64,000 nucleotides of DNA from the IMG/VR virus record IMGVR_UViG_3300003873_000002, positions 90,124 through 154,123 of that record; one strand, given 5' to 3'. The notes below the pieces were generated by a model. The model ran no database searches and was not told where the DNA came from. It was given only the letters and a program-made list of their open reading frames with translations. The stretch is from a virus. How positions within the stretch are numbered: the first letter of the stretch is position 1; each line of letters starts with the position of its first letter. The translations under genes and the position numbers were made by a program. Of the stretch, positions 20,426 to 31,807 are shown piece by piece.

Positions 20426-21151
20426 ATGGCAATAAACGACAACACAATGAATAATTTCCCGTCCATGAATTTTTTTAATTTTAATATGGTTCCACAGAAA
20501 CCTCGTAGTTTCGCAGAGTCTATGGCAATGTTTATGCAGTTCACACAGATGTTCAATAAAGCAATGGGTAATCCATTCGTTTTAAGTTACAAAAAGAAAG
20601 TTAAAGGTGTTGTGGGTGAATCTGAAATTGTCATCCGAGCAAATAAAAAAAATTATATGAATTCTGTGGTGAACCCTGGGGATGAACATAATGATGAACA
20701 TAATGATGAAAATACATCTGTCTGTATTACAAATACAAGAACAAGATGCACTCAAATTAAAAAAACAATTAAAAAAGAGGTGCATCTAGTTGATGATGAT
20801 CGTCAACTGACTAAAATATACCCCAAATTGCATAAACATATTAAACTAAAACCACACATAGCAAAATACCGTGATGATATTATATACTTAGATGGTGTTG
20901 GTGATGTGACTTTAGTTAAAAAACAAGCCGACAGCAATATCGATTTAAACCTTATACAAATCCAACAAAAATCACTAAGTGGTTTTTTTATCCCTAAGCA
21001 TAGGGATGGATCATCATGCGAGTATGTAGACCTCATAAAATGCCCTCTTCATAAATATTATAATAGAAATATTCAAGCATGGCCATACCAAAATAAAATT
21101 ACAGAAATAAAAAACAATAATGAAAGCTTATTGCAAGTTAATATCAGTTAA
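20426..21151 (+). CDS. Hypothetical protein
   Basis: 241 aa ORF, M/F/N-rich N-terminus. Confidence 0.5.
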   Translation: MAINDNTMNNFPSMNFFNFNMVPQKPRSFAESMAMFMQFTQMFNKAMGNPFVLSYKKKVKGVVGESEIVIRANKKNYMNSVVNPGDEHNDEHNDENTSVCITNTRTRCTQIKKTIKKEVHLVDDDRQLTKIYPKLHKHIKLKPHIAKYRDDIIYLDGVGDVTLVKKQADSNIDLNLIQIQQKSLSGFFIPKHRDGSSCEYVDLIKCPLHKYYNRNIQAWPYQNKITEIKNNNESLLQVNIS

Positions 21152-21241
21152 TATCAGTTAATGTCCGTTAATGTCCGTTAATGATTGGTATTAAATTAAT
21201 TTTTATAATAAAAAGTTACATAAATAAAGAGGTAATGTGAG

Positions 21242-21514
21242 TTGGAACTTTTAATCAAATGCAACAACTGTGGGCTGCTTTGGAAGCAAAATTGCAACAT
21301 GGATGAACATAAAGACATGCGCAAAGGTAATTATAACTTTATAGGAAATGATAGTTGTTGTCCTCTTTGTGAATCCAACCTATCACAAATTGATATAATA
21401 CACAAAAATAAAGTATGGAATGGTGGTACTTTTGAATCACCGGAGTCCCACGAAACACATAAAAATATTATATACAATACTATTAATAAATTAAAAAAGA
21501 TTCTGATTAACTGA
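21242..21514 (+). CDS. Zn-ribbon hypothetical protein
   Basis: CNNC and CPLC pairs; GAGG RBS, TTG start. Confidence 0.55.
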   Translation: MELLIKCNNCGLLWKQNCNMDEHKDMRKGNYNFIGNDSCCPLCESNLSQIDIIHKNKVWNGGTFESPESHETHKNIIYNTINKLKKILIN

Positions 21515-21638
21515 TAATTAATTTGTTGATAAAATCATTTAAAACCAGTTGAAATCATTTAAAACCAATTGAAATAAATGTTGAAATATTTAGTATAATA
21601 TTATATAATATATTATATTAAATCAAAAGGGTGATGCC

Positions 21639-23108
21639 ATGAAAGTAGAAGAGATAATTAAATTATTAGCAGATACAAGTTCAACAAATCAAAAAATTAT
21701 GATTTTGAAAGATAACTCTGCGAATGAAACCTTAAAGCGTGTATGTTATCTTGCATACAACCCTACCACCGTTTTTGGAATTAAGAAAATCCCAGAAATC
21801 GAGTCACAAACCGATAATATTTCAATAGATAAAGCACTTGATATGCTTGAGCCCATCTATAATAGAGACGTTACTGGAAATAAAGCATCGGTGCATTTAA
21901 AAAATATCTTGTCGAGTTTAAATGATGAAAGACGTGAAATCATTAAAAATATTATTGGGCGGGATTTAAGATGTGGCATTGGTAAAAGAACTGTTTCAAA
22001 ATTATGGCCGGGGTTATTACAAAGTACATCATATATGGGTGCTGTTTCTTTCAGTGACAAACGAGTCGATAATCTTTTTAAAAAAACAAATAAAGGAGTT
22101 AAAATCTATTCTGAAACTAAAATGGATGGAAGATATGCAAATATTACTGTTAATGAAAATGGTTATACTATAACATCTCGCAACGGTAAATTCAATTACT
22201 TTGGAAATATTTTTGATGAAACAATTGATATTATACGCGAAAGATATCACCAGAGTTCATTTGTTATATGTGGTGAGTTGCTCATTGAGGGTGTTTCACG
22301 ATTTGAAAGCAACGGTATCATTTCATCATTGGTATCTATTGGTGATGATTTGGCTAAAGGCAAACCATATAAAAGTGAATACACAATCTCTGAATATAAT
22401 GAACTTCTTGGCAAAGTAAAAATGGTTGCATGGGATATTGTGCCGTTTGATATTGTTGATAATAATATGTTATACAAAGCAAATGAGAAAAAATTGCGTG
22501 AGCTATTAGAAGACGAGGATGCATTCTCAGAACAACTTGCATTGAATGCTATTTACAAAGAACGATATACACGCGAACAACGTTTAGATGATCTTAAAAA
22601 GGCTTTAGATGGTGTTGATAGAATTAAAATGATTGGGTACAAAGAAGTTAAAACAAAAAAGGAAGCACTTGAACATTTTAACTATCTTCTTTCAAACGGT
22701 GAAGAAGGGACGATTTTAAAAAGTTCAGATGGGTTATGGGTTGATGGGAAACCCACTAACCAGATCAAATTTAAAGTAGAAATTGATGTTGAATTGGTTG
22801 TTACTGGGATGAATGAAGGGCGCAGTGGCAAAAAATATGATGGACAAGTTGGGTCATATAACTGCGTTTCATCTGACGGGCTGTTAAAAGTCGCAGCAAA
22901 CGTCCTTGGTGATGAAATGAGAGAACGAAATGAAAATCTTAATGGTCGTGTTGTTACAGTTAGATGTAACGGTTTGAGTGCCACCGAAAATGGATATTCT
23001 ATGTTATACCCAAGATTGATTTGTATCAGGGACGATAAAGATACTGCGGATGATTTAGAATCAATTAAACTTATTGAACAAATGGCCTTATCACTAAAGC
23101 ATGAATAA
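21639..23108 (+). CDS. gp30: ATP-dependent DNA ligase
   Basis: ETKMDGR, GEL, AWD, EEGTILK, KFK, LYPR..IRDDK; T4-type N-terminus. Confidence 0.92.
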   Translation: MKVEEIIKLLADTSSTNQKIMILKDNSANETLKRVCYLAYNPTTVFGIKKIPEIESQTDNISIDKALDMLEPIYNRDVTGNKASVHLKNILSSLNDERREIIKNIIGRDLRCGIGKRTVSKLWPGLLQSTSYMGAVSFSDKRVDNLFKKTNKGVKIYSETKMDGRYANITVNENGYTITSRNGKFNYFGNIFDETIDIIRERYHQSSFVICGELLIEGVSRFESNGIISSLVSIGDDLAKGKPYKSEYTISEYNELLGKVKMVAWDIVPFDIVDNNMLYKANEKKLRELLEDEDAFSEQLALNAIYKERYTREQRLDDLKKALDGVDRIKMIGYKEVKTKKEALEHFNYLLSNGEEGTILKSSDGLWVDGKPTNQIKFKVEIDVELVVTGMNEGRSGKKYDGQVGSYNCVSSDGLLKVAANVLGDEMRERNENLNGRVVTVRCNGLSATENGYSMLYPRLICIRDDKDTADDLESIKLIEQMALSLKHE

Positions 23109-23237
23109 ACGCATTTAACTGAGAATAAACGCGATTAAATATAAAGATACAGTTGTATTATACCCACGAATATAGTATAATATAAAAATAATATAAAAAT
23201 AATAAAAAGCAGTTAGTTCAATTATTGTGTAAAGAGT

Positions 23238-23699
23238 TTGGTTAGAAAGAGAGATATTATAGTGAGAGTTTTGCGGTTATTATTTATTGCTGTATTGATT
23301 ACAACATTTGTGCTTGATTATATTGGATTCCATCAAAAAATTACATCGATGATGTTATTTGTAGAGATCACTATTGAGGCATTTATATACTTGATAGCAG
23401 CAACAACATATTCGTCACTTTCTCAGTACGAAAAAATTACAGCATATTATAATAGAACTGTTTCAAATGACGGTGTATTTGATACCGTAATGATTGCATC
23501 TATTATAGTGTCATCATATTATGTCTTTAATCTTTCACATATTTTAATTATTTCGCCTATCATTTTTATTGGATGTTATATCACATATTCGTTGGTTCAG
23601 CGATTCGATAAATCAATTGATGATGTAAAAGAGCTAGAATTGCCATTAGTAGAAACCATGATAAGGACGTGGTCTGTTGGAAAAAACATGGATAATTAA
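23238..23699 (+). CDS. Hypothetical membrane protein
   Basis: About four hydrophobic segments. Confidence 0.55.
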   Translation: MVRKRDIIVRVLRLLFIAVLITTFVLDYIGFHQKITSMMLFVEITIEAFIYLIAATTYSSLSQYEKITAYYNRTVSNDGVFDTVMIASIIVSSYYVFNLSHILIISPIIFIGCYITYSLVQRFDKSIDDVKELELPLVETMIRTWSVGKNMDN

Positions 23700-23763
23700 T
23701 AAAATAAACAACTAGAAAATAAACTGAAAACAAACCAAAATATTTTAATTAAGTGGAGAGAAA

Positions 23764-26103
23764 ATGCATAATATTAAAGTTAGAAAGAGAGATGGTAGTT
23801 TAATAGATATAGACTACGAAAAGATCCATAAATCTATCGCATTTTGTACGAATGGATTAAGCAATGTTTCTATATCAGAAATTGCAATGAACTGCAAAAT
23901 TAATTTTTTCGATGGAATAACAACAAAAGAAATACATCAAAATATCATTAAATCTGCGAAGGATTTAATATCTGAAAAAACACCCAATTATCAAATAGTA
24001 GCAGGAAGAGCACTAAATATTGATATCAGGAAAAATGTATATAACCAATATACACCACCATCATTATATTCAATTATCACTAAAAACGTGGAAGATGGAT
24101 GGTACGATAGTGAAATACTAGAAATGTATAGTGAGGATGAAATTAATGAACTTGATAGTTATATTAATCATTCACTTGATGAAAATTTCACATTCAGTGC
24201 GTGGAAACAATTAACATCGAAGTATCTAGTGCAAAATAGAACGCAACGAGATGATTTTAAAGAAACACCACAAATCATGTATATGTTAATTGGTATGACA
24301 CTTTTTGGAAAATACAAAGAAAAACGATTAAAGTATGTTAAGTCATTTTACAATTTAACTGCTGTTAAACAAACACTTGGTTTGCCTACACCAATTCTAG
24401 CTGGGGTGAGAACACCAACAAGACAATTTAGTTCGTGTGTGCTTGGAAAATGTGGTGATAACCTGCAGTCAATTTCAGCATCAAGTAAATCAATTATTGA
24501 TTATGTTTCAAAACGAGCTGGTATCGGTTGGGATATGTCTGCCATTAGACCGATTGGGTCGTCTATTAGAAATGGAGAAGCGTATCACACTGGTATTATC
24601 CCATTTATCAAGCATATGAATTCTGCTGTGCAAAGTTGCTCACAGGGTGGAATCAGAGGTGGTGCAGCAACCATTTATTATCCTATTTGGCATTATGAAG
24701 TAGAATCATTGATTGTTTTAAAGAATAATAAGGGAACTGATGAAAACCGAGTAAGAACATTAGATCATGGATTTGCAATCAATAAACACTTCTATGATTG
24801 CGCTATAAATGGTGATGATTACTATTTGTTCGATGTCAAAGATACACCTGGTTTATATGAAGCATTTTATTCAGCAGACCAAACCGAATTTGTTAATTTA
24901 TATAATAAATATTCAAAAAAACGGAAAATCAGAAAACAAAAAGTAAATGCAATGGAGTTACTTACACGAATTGAAATGGAACGTGTATCTACTGGAAGAG
25001 TTTATATGATTCACCCAGATTTAATGAACTCACAGACACCCTTTATTAAAGATAAAATTTATCAATCGAATCTTTGTCTTGAAATAGCATTACCAACTGC
25101 GGATCTTACTAAATGGTCATCATTGACAACAGAAGAGTGTTTGGAATTAGGCATCTATAATAAAGATATGTCTGTAGATGATTTTATTGAAAAATTCGGC
25201 ATTGTTTCACTTTGCACATTATCAAACTTTAATTTTGGCAATATCAAATCAACAAAGGATTTTGAAGAGCTTGCTAATATTTCTGTGCGCGCATTGGATG
25301 AATTAATTGACTACCAGTATTATCCAATGATCGCAGCTGAAGTCCCTACAAAATCATTCAGATCTGTTGGGATTGGTGTTAATGGCCTTGCCCATTTTAT
25401 TGCAAAGCATAAGACTAAATATGGGAAACAATCTGCTGAATTGGTCGATGAATATATGGAAGCAATGAATTATTATCTTGTTAAAACATCGGTCGAATTG
25501 GCTAAGGAAAAGGGTTCATTTGATTGGATTGACCGCACTATTTATAAAACAGATAAACCATTTATTTGGGAACACAGAAAAGCAAAAATTGATAATATTA
25601 TACCAATGAAAACCAGAATGGATTGGGAATCATTAAGGGCAGATATTAAAAAATATGGGCAACGCCATTCGACACTGATTGCACATATGCCGTCTGAAAG
25701 CAATTCTGTTGTGTTCAATGCGACTAATGGTGTGGAACCCATTAGACAAAAAATGACCGTTAAGGGTAACGGTGATAACGTCACAAAGCAAGTTTATCCA
25801 ACGCATTTAAAATATGATTATTTATGGGAAATGGGTGATATGCGGCGCTATATTGAAACACTTGCTGTTATTCAAAAATGGACAGACCAATCAATCTCAA
25901 CCAATATGTCATATGATGCAGAACATTTTGATGATGGGACAATTCCACTTAAAATATTACTTATGGATATTTTGACTGCGTATTCATATGGGATTAAAAC
26001 AATTTATTATCATAATAGTAAAGTTAATAATGAAAATAATACAAATAGTGAAAATAATACAAATAACGAAGATGAAGGCGAATGTGAGAGTTGCAAACTA
26101 TGA
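23764..26103 (+). CDS. nrdA: Class Ia ribonucleotide reductase alpha subunit
   Basis: ATP cone VRKRDG, PTPILAG, QFSSC, QSNLCLEI, C-terminal CESCKL. Confidence 0.97.
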   Translation: MHNIKVRKRDGSLIDIDYEKIHKSIAFCTNGLSNVSISEIAMNCKINFFDGITTKEIHQNIIKSAKDLISEKTPNYQIVAGRALNIDIRKNVYNQYTPPSLYSIITKNVEDGWYDSEILEMYSEDEINELDSYINHSLDENFTFSAWKQLTSKYLVQNRTQRDDFKETPQIMYMLIGMTLFGKYKEKRLKYVKSFYNLTAVKQTLGLPTPILAGVRTPTRQFSSCVLGKCGDNLQSISASSKSIIDYVSKRAGIGWDMSAIRPIGSSIRNGEAYHTGIIPFIKHMNSAVQSCSQGGIRGGAATIYYPIWHYEVESLIVLKNNKGTDENRVRTLDHGFAINKHFYDCAINGDDYYLFDVKDTPGLYEAFYSADQTEFVNLYNKYSKKRKIRKQKVNAMELLTRIEMERVSTGRVYMIHPDLMNSQTPFIKDKIYQSNLCLEIALPTADLTKWSSLTTEECLELGIYNKDMSVDDFIEKFGIVSLCTLSNFNFGNIKSTKDFEELANISVRALDELIDYQYYPMIAAEVPTKSFRSVGIGVNGLAHFIAKHKTKYGKQSAELVDEYMEAMNYYLVKTSVELAKEKGSFDWIDRTIYKTDKPFIWEHRKAKIDNIIPMKTRMDWESLRADIKKYGQRHSTLIAHMPSESNSVVFNATNGVEPIRQKMTVKGNGDNVTKQVYPTHLKYDYLWEMGDMRRYIETLAVIQKWTDQSISTNMSYDAEHFDDGTIPLKILLMDILTAYSYGIKTIYYHNSKVNNENNTNSENNTNNEDEGECESCKL

Positions 26104-27212
26104 AAAATTATTCCACAAGTACATTTAGTAAAAAAAATACATCAAATTTAACTGATACAATGTTTCTTTCTAATAATGGTATTGGTGTATCAAGACACGA
26201 ACATGTTAAATACCAATCAATGTACACAAGACATAAAAAAATGAAATCATTGTTTTGGTCACCTGAAGAGATTGATTTAACAGCAGATAAATATGATTTT
26301 CAAAAAATGCCTGAGTATCAACAAGGTATTTTTACAGATGTGTTATCGCGAGCAGTTCTATTGGATTCTGTCCAAAGTAGAAGCCCGGTAGAAGCCCTTT
26401 TACCTATATGCACGTTGCCTGAATTAGAATCCCAAATTTTAACATGGGGTTTTTTTGAAAACATACATGCAGAAACATATAGCCATATTATTAAAAACAT
26501 ATATAATAATCCGACAGAAGTATTTGACGATATTACAAAATCTACCGAAATTTTGAAGTGTGCTGATTCAATTACAGACCATTACGATAAATTAATAGAG
26601 CTTAATGCAAAACGGATACTGGCAACACCAGATTATGATTTATTTGAGCATAAAAAAATGTTGTATATTACAATGCACAGTATTCAGGCGTTAGAATCAC
26701 TACGTTTTTATTCTGCTTTTGCTGTCATGTTTGCATTTGCTGAGAATGATACTATGATTGGGTCCGCAAACGAATTGAAATTAATCGCCAGGGATGAATC
26801 ATTTCATGTTGGCATAACATCTGAAATTATTAAGCTATTGCCTAAGGACGATAGTGATTATATTGAAATTGCAGAAATTTGTGCAGATGATGTCCATGCA
26901 CTTTATAACGATGTTATTTCACAAGAAATTGAGTGGATTAACCATATTTTTAGAAATGGCTCTATGTTGGGTTTAAACGCAGAAATTTTAAAGAGTTATA
27001 TGCTATATATAGGATATCAAAAATTCAGACACTTTAAATTGGATACATCAAAATTTGGATTTGAAGTGGTTAAGAAAAACCCATTGAGATGGATTGATGT
27101 TTGGCTAGATACAACCAACCAACAAGCTGCACCACAAGAAACAGAAATACTAAATTATCAACAAGGTGTCGTAAAATTAGGTGGAACAGATGATATTAAA
27201 ATTGAACTATAG
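26100..27212 (+). CDS. nrdB: Ribonucleotide reductase beta subunit
   Basis: FWSPEE, LLDSVQ, ENIHAETY, LESLRFY, IARDESFH; ATGA overlap with nrdA. Confidence 0.95.
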   Translation: MKNYSTSTFSKKNTSNLTDTMFLSNNGIGVSRHEHVKYQSMYTRHKKMKSLFWSPEEIDLTADKYDFQKMPEYQQGIFTDVLSRAVLLDSVQSRSPVEALLPICTLPELESQILTWGFFENIHAETYSHIIKNIYNNPTEVFDDITKSTEILKCADSITDHYDKLIELNAKRILATPDYDLFEHKKMLYITMHSIQALESLRFYSAFAVMFAFAENDTMIGSANELKLIARDESFHVGITSEIIKLLPKDDSDYIEIAEICADDVHALYNDVISQEIEWINHIFRNGSMLGLNAEILKSYMLYIGYQKFRHFKLDTSKFGFEVVKKNPLRWIDVWLDTTNQQAAPQETEILNYQQGVVKLGGTDDIKIEL

Positions 27213-27221
27213 GAGTGAAAC

Positions 27222-27437
27222 ATGATTGAGGTTTATATAAAAGCAAATTGTCCAAAATGTGTAGAAGTAAAACACTATCTTAAAAACAGAGAAATTGAGT
27301 TCAGTGAAATTGAGTTAACACAAGATAATACAGAGTCCATCATTAAAAAGACTGGGGCGAGAGTGGCACCAGTTGTATTAATTGATGGTAATTATATCAT
27401 GAATAATGATATTTTAAATGGGGTTGTTAATTTATAA
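27222..27437 (+). CDS. Glutaredoxin/NrdH-like redoxin
   Basis: CPKC, VAPVVLIDG; follows nrdAB. Confidence 0.85.
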   Translation: MIEVYIKANCPKCVEVKHYLKNREIEFSEIELTQDNTESIIKKTGARVAPVVLIDGNYIMNNDILNGVVNL

Positions 27438-27444
27438 ATCACAT

Positions 27445-27476
27445 AATGGGTGCGTATATGTATTATGCACTCATTA
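27445..27476 (+). terminator. Hairpin after nrd operon
   Basis: AATGGGTGCGTA...TATGCACTCATT inverted repeat with G-U pairs. Confidence 0.45.
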
Positions 27477-27591
27477 ATTGATATAACCATCAATAAACAC
27501 AATAAACACAATAAACACAATAAACACAATAAATTAAATAATATCTAGTAATAAACACATATAAACCATGTGAACACATAAGGACGCAATA

Positions 27592-28209
27592 ATGAAACAG
27601 CTCAGTGCAGTGGATATAAAAATCAATAATTTTCTTCTTGAGGAAATTACAGATGATATCAGCAAAGCATTAAAACACGAAGAGTTTATTGATGTATTTG
27701 AAAAATTCAGTGATAAAACAACATTTAAACTCTTAGAATTGCTTGATGACATGTCATCATACAAACAATTGAATCTTAATGTAGAAGACCATACAATTCA
27801 ACAGTTAAGAAAAATTACAGAGTCATTAGTTGATTATAGAAAAGACGATAATACACTGTTTAATGCAATTGCAACTATTTTTAAAAATGTGACTAAAATT
27901 GAAGGCAAATTATGTGGTTATATCTCAAGTGCAACTAAAAGAACATTAATGAAACTACACGACATACCAATTGGTGCTACATCACGTGAAATATTTGATT
28001 TTTTGTTTAATCTTTTTAGTATATTATTTAAATATAAATTTAAGCATAGTGAGTTAAATAACACTATAAAAAGCAAACAACTTCGTGCAAAATTTTATAA
28101 AACGGTTGCGTTTAAGATTATGGATGAATATTATACTTCGCTAACACAGCATAATTTAAAAGATCAGATTGAAACAGACATTTCGTTCGGTTGGAGAAAA
28201 CCAAATTAA
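27592..28209 (+). CDS. Hypothetical protein
   Basis: 205 aa, AAGGA RBS. Confidence 0.6.
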   Translation: MKQLSAVDIKINNFLLEEITDDISKALKHEEFIDVFEKFSDKTTFKLLELLDDMSSYKQLNLNVEDHTIQQLRKITESLVDYRKDDNTLFNAIATIFKNVTKIEGKLCGYISSATKRTLMKLHDIPIGATSREIFDFLFNLFSILFKYKFKHSELNNTIKSKQLRAKFYKTVAFKIMDEYYTSLTQHNLKDQIETDISFGWRKPN

Positions 28210-28822
28210 AAAGTTAAATGGTTTAAATATAACATATAATGCATTGAGCGAAAAGTTCAATGATATTTATATTATTTCTGACACACATTTTATGCATGAT
28301 AATATTATTAAATATGCAAATAGACCCGCTAGTCATAATCAAATAATGTTCGAAAAATGGAATGAAACCGTTAAAGAAAATGATTTAATCATCCATGTTG
28401 GTGACCTTTCACATGGGTTATATAAATACCATAATGGTGATGAAATATTACACGAAATTTGCACAAATCTAAACGGCAAAAAAATCCTATTAAGAGGCAA
28501 TCATGATAGAAACCATGATGAGTATTATAATAACATGGGATTTATAGTCAAAGATTATATTTATATGTCAGATATAAACACTATTATAAATCATTATCCA
28601 CCGATTAGTGATACCTCCAGCAGTATGTATATAAAACAAAAACAGATTGATTACAATACACAATTAATGAAACAGGTTGATTATAAATACTTGATTCATG
28701 GCCACCAGCACAATAACACAAGACAAAATCACAAAAATTGTTTTAACGCCACTGTTGAAAGAATAAATTATACCCCGATCAATATCACAGAAATTTTTAA
28801 AATACTTCAAATCGACACGTAG
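28169..28822 (+). CDS. Calcineurin-like metallophosphoesterase (start uncertain)
   Basis: SDTHF, HVGD, RGNHD, HYP, IHGHQH. Confidence 0.88.
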   Translation: MKQTFRSVGENQIKKLNGLNITYNALSEKFNDIYIISDTHFMHDNIIKYANRPASHNQIMFEKWNETVKENDLIIHVGDLSHGLYKYHNGDEILHEICTNLNGKKILLRGNHDRNHDEYYNNMGFIVKDYIYMSDINTIINHYPPISDTSSSMYIKQKQIDYNTQLMKQVDYKYLIHGHQHNNTRQNHKNCFNATVERINYTPINITEIFKILQIDT

Positions 28823-29083
28823 GTGTCATTCTTTGCCATTCTTTGCCATATATGACATTATGCCAGTCAAACAATATAATCTAATTAATCCCCATCAAAC
28901 TATAATTGTTTGTACATTATAAACACATTATAAACACATTATAAACACATTATAAACACATTATAAAACTCAGTACAATGCGCTATATGCGATGATATTA
29001 TTTCATAGATGGTTTTATGTCAATTTAATAAAAACATACCGTTAATCTCATTAAAATAAAAAAATAAAAAATAAAATAAACTG

Positions 29084-29112
29084 TTGACATTTTAATAATA
29101 ATGATTTATAAT
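29084..29112 (+). promoter_or_regulatory. Sigma-70-type promoter
   Basis: TTGACA-N17-TATAAT. Confidence 0.75.
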
Positions 29113-29752
29113 AACTATAAATTAATAAAAACCATAAAAATAACAAAGATGTAATATGAAATGTTATAAAAACTTCAGCGGCGATAATGTTGTATTGTTT
29201 AGAAATAAAACTAGATTGGTTTAAACAAAAACTCTTATGATAATTATAATGTGGAATGCGTTGAATTTGGAATTGACATCGATTTTGGAATTCAAATGCA
29301 CACATAGATGTTGGTAATATGAAGTTAAACCAAATAACACTTTGTTTTCTGGCGGTTTAGGTAGTTATTTGTCAATACATGATAAGGGTTTAAAAGGGTG
29401 TGGTGAATATAACAAACATATGTCGTGTATTATGATGATTCAGGCTTTTTAAATACCTTTTAATATTCTGGATATTTATAAATCTGGTGATGAGTATAAC
29501 ATTTCTAGCAATGTGAAGAGCCTATTGAATACCCATTAAATCTTATGAAAAACTCAATAATTATTTGGGAAAATCATTCAGATATTTTCACGAACCAGAT
29601 TATAGTAAAGATTTTTTGATGTGTTGATTTGTATGTGGGAAAATATTCAATAGTTGCAAAAAGAAATAAAATAGTGTAAAATAGTGTAAAATAGTGTAAA
29701 ATAGTGTAAAATAAGTACAGATTTAAATTATTAACAACGAGCAGGAGTAATT

Positions 29753-30658
29753 ATGGAAGATGAAATCAGTATCGACATTGGGTATGGTCACTGTAAGGTA
29801 TTATATGCGGGTAAATTAGTAAAATTTCCAACAGCGATTAGTTATGCAAATGATTTAGGTATTTCGTGTGGGGAAATGAATTCTTATGAGTTCGAAGGTA
29901 AACAATATAGCGTTGGTTCGGACGCTTCTGATGAATCATTTAGTACAACTGATTACAAATTGCTATATAAGTTCGCGCCATTAATTGTTTTTCATATTTT
30001 AAGTAAATTTGATAGAGTTAATGCTGACACACCTATCAATATTAATACAGGATTATCAATTGTTGATTGGGTCCATAAAGATGGATTTATTGATAGACTA
30101 TCATGTATTGAAGTAAACGGTAAAAAAATTGATTTGGATGTTACGTTAATCCCACAAGGGGCTGGAGTTGCAGTAGATTGGGTAGAGAATCAAAATAATT
30201 CTATTTACCCGAACAAACTTTCTGTTATTGATATCGGATTTAACACCATTAATCTAATTTATATGGAAAAAGGTAGATTAATCAGACAAAAATCAAAACC
30301 ATATCCTGGGCATGGTATTGTTTCAATTATTAATACATTCTCGACATACCTAGAAAACAAATATTCAATGAATTTTAGTCAGCAAGAAGCTAATGATATT
30401 TTCCTCGATGGTGAATTCTTCTACAATGGTGAAGACCAAGAAGATGTTAAATCGCACATCAAAACAATCAAGGAGCAATTTGTTTCAAAACTTTTCAATA
30501 CTATTTTGGTTGACGCTAAAAAAACATTTGCAACATCAAATGTAGTGCTTATTGGAGGTGGTGGCGCTTATATGCTCGATGACATCCCAATGCCACCAAA
30601 TGTTGAATTTGTCGCTAAAGATTATGAATACTCGAATGTCCGTGGATATGCGATTTAA
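29753..30658 (+). CDS. ParM/StbA-family actin-like ATPase
   Basis: IDIGYGHCK, PQGAG, VIDIGFNT, GGGGA actin-fold motifs; AGGAG RBS. Confidence 0.85.
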   Translation: MEDEISIDIGYGHCKVLYAGKLVKFPTAISYANDLGISCGEMNSYEFEGKQYSVGSDASDESFSTTDYKLLYKFAPLIVFHILSKFDRVNADTPININTGLSIVDWVHKDGFIDRLSCIEVNGKKIDLDVTLIPQGAGVAVDWVENQNNSIYPNKLSVIDIGFNTINLIYMEKGRLIRQKSKPYPGHGIVSIINTFSTYLENKYSMNFSQQEANDIFLDGEFFYNGEDQEDVKSHIKTIKEQFVSKLFNTILVDAKKTFATSNVVLIGGGGAYMLDDIPMPPNVEFVAKDYEYSNVRGYAI

Positions 30659-30726
30659 ACACATTAAACACATTAAACACATTAAACACATTAAACACAT
30701 TAAACACATTAAACAGGAAATAAATT

Positions 30727-31029
30727 ATGCAAACAGAAACAAAAGAAATTACTATTAAACTTGATGGGAATTCAATTGATGTTTTAAAACAAGTTGATAG
30801 TATGTACAGAGAATCAATCATTAATATCGGAATTCGTATGATTTCCTTGACACCATATTATAAATTTTTATCTGGAAAGGATGATGTAGCTGACATTAAT
30901 GCATTGACATCACTAGATACAAACTGCAATACCAATGCACTACTCGCTAGTGAAAAATCACAAGAAGTTGTGAACGAAGCGCCATCAAAATTAAAAAGGA
31001 AAACAAAAAGCTCATGGGACGATTTATAA
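30727..31029 (+). CDS. Small protein downstream of ParM, ParR-like candidate
   Basis: Position; N-terminal beta-alpha-alpha-like pattern (EITIKLD...RESIINIGI). Confidence 0.45.
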   Translation: MQTETKEITIKLDGNSIDVLKQVDSMYRESIINIGIRMISLTPYYKFLSGKDDVADINALTSLDTNCNTNALLASEKSQEVVNEAPSKLKRKTKSSWDDL

Positions 31030-31144
31030 TGGATTTATACCATAAAATAATGTATATGATAGCATTAGGGTGGGTTATTTTGCTGTTTTTGTTATTGGTT
31101 ATTAAACCAATCGATAAATCAACACAATATTTCGAGGAGCATAA

Positions 31145-31711
31145 ATGAAAATAATTTTATTAGCAGGCCCTAAGGGGATTGGTAAAGATTTTGTTGGTGA
31201 ATATATGGTTAACACATATGGATTTAAGCGTATTGCATTTGCAGACAATGTAAAAAAAGTAATTGCAAAAACGCTTGATCTTAATTTAAGTGAAATTGAT
31301 TATTTAAAAAATAATGAACAAATGAGAGTTACTAGCATAGAAACGACTAGTGGGCTTAATATGCGCACAATTATTCAGCGATTCGCTACTGATGCAATGC
31401 AATCTGTATTTGGTGAAACTGTTTGGGTCAATGCATTGAAACGAGATATATATAATTTAATTGGTGATTATAATATTGTTGTTACTGATTTTCGATTTCC
31501 ACACGAATATGAAGAACTAATTAGAAGCGGATTCAGCGATGACATTGTAACAATAAAAATTACTGATAGATTTAACAGTTCAAGTGATTCAAGTCATATT
31601 AGTGAAAATGCGCTTAAAGATTTTAAATTTGATTATACATTTGTAAATAATAAAGACAATTTTGCAAGACGGGAACTTGATGATATTGTTATAGATGCGG
31701 TTTATGAATAA
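31145..31711 (+). CDS. Deoxynucleoside monophosphate kinase (T4 gp1-like)
   Basis: AGPKGIGKD, IAFAD, RTIIQRFAT, VTDFRFPHE, HISE. Confidence 0.88.
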   Translation: MKIILLAGPKGIGKDFVGEYMVNTYGFKRIAFADNVKKVIAKTLDLNLSEIDYLKNNEQMRVTSIETTSGLNMRTIIQRFATDAMQSVFGETVWVNALKRDIYNLIGDYNIVVTDFRFPHEYEELIRSGFSDDIVTIKITDRFNSSSDSSHISENALKDFKFDYTFVNNKDNFARRELDDIVIDAVYE

Positions 31712-31807
31712 CCATAAAAAACATATAAATCATTGTAGAATTGTTGAATGCAAAAATATTGGTAAGTGGACTACGAATGATTTAATTATCAAACTATAAG
31801 GGAAAAT

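Noticed and set aside
20426-21151. 2OG-Fe(II) oxygenase (GFFIPKHRD)
   Set aside because: Only an HxD-like motif; distal His/Arg strands not recognisable
27449-27476. dif-like site (GGTGCGTATA...)
   Set aside because: No XerD arm (TTATGTTAAAT); better explained as a hairpin
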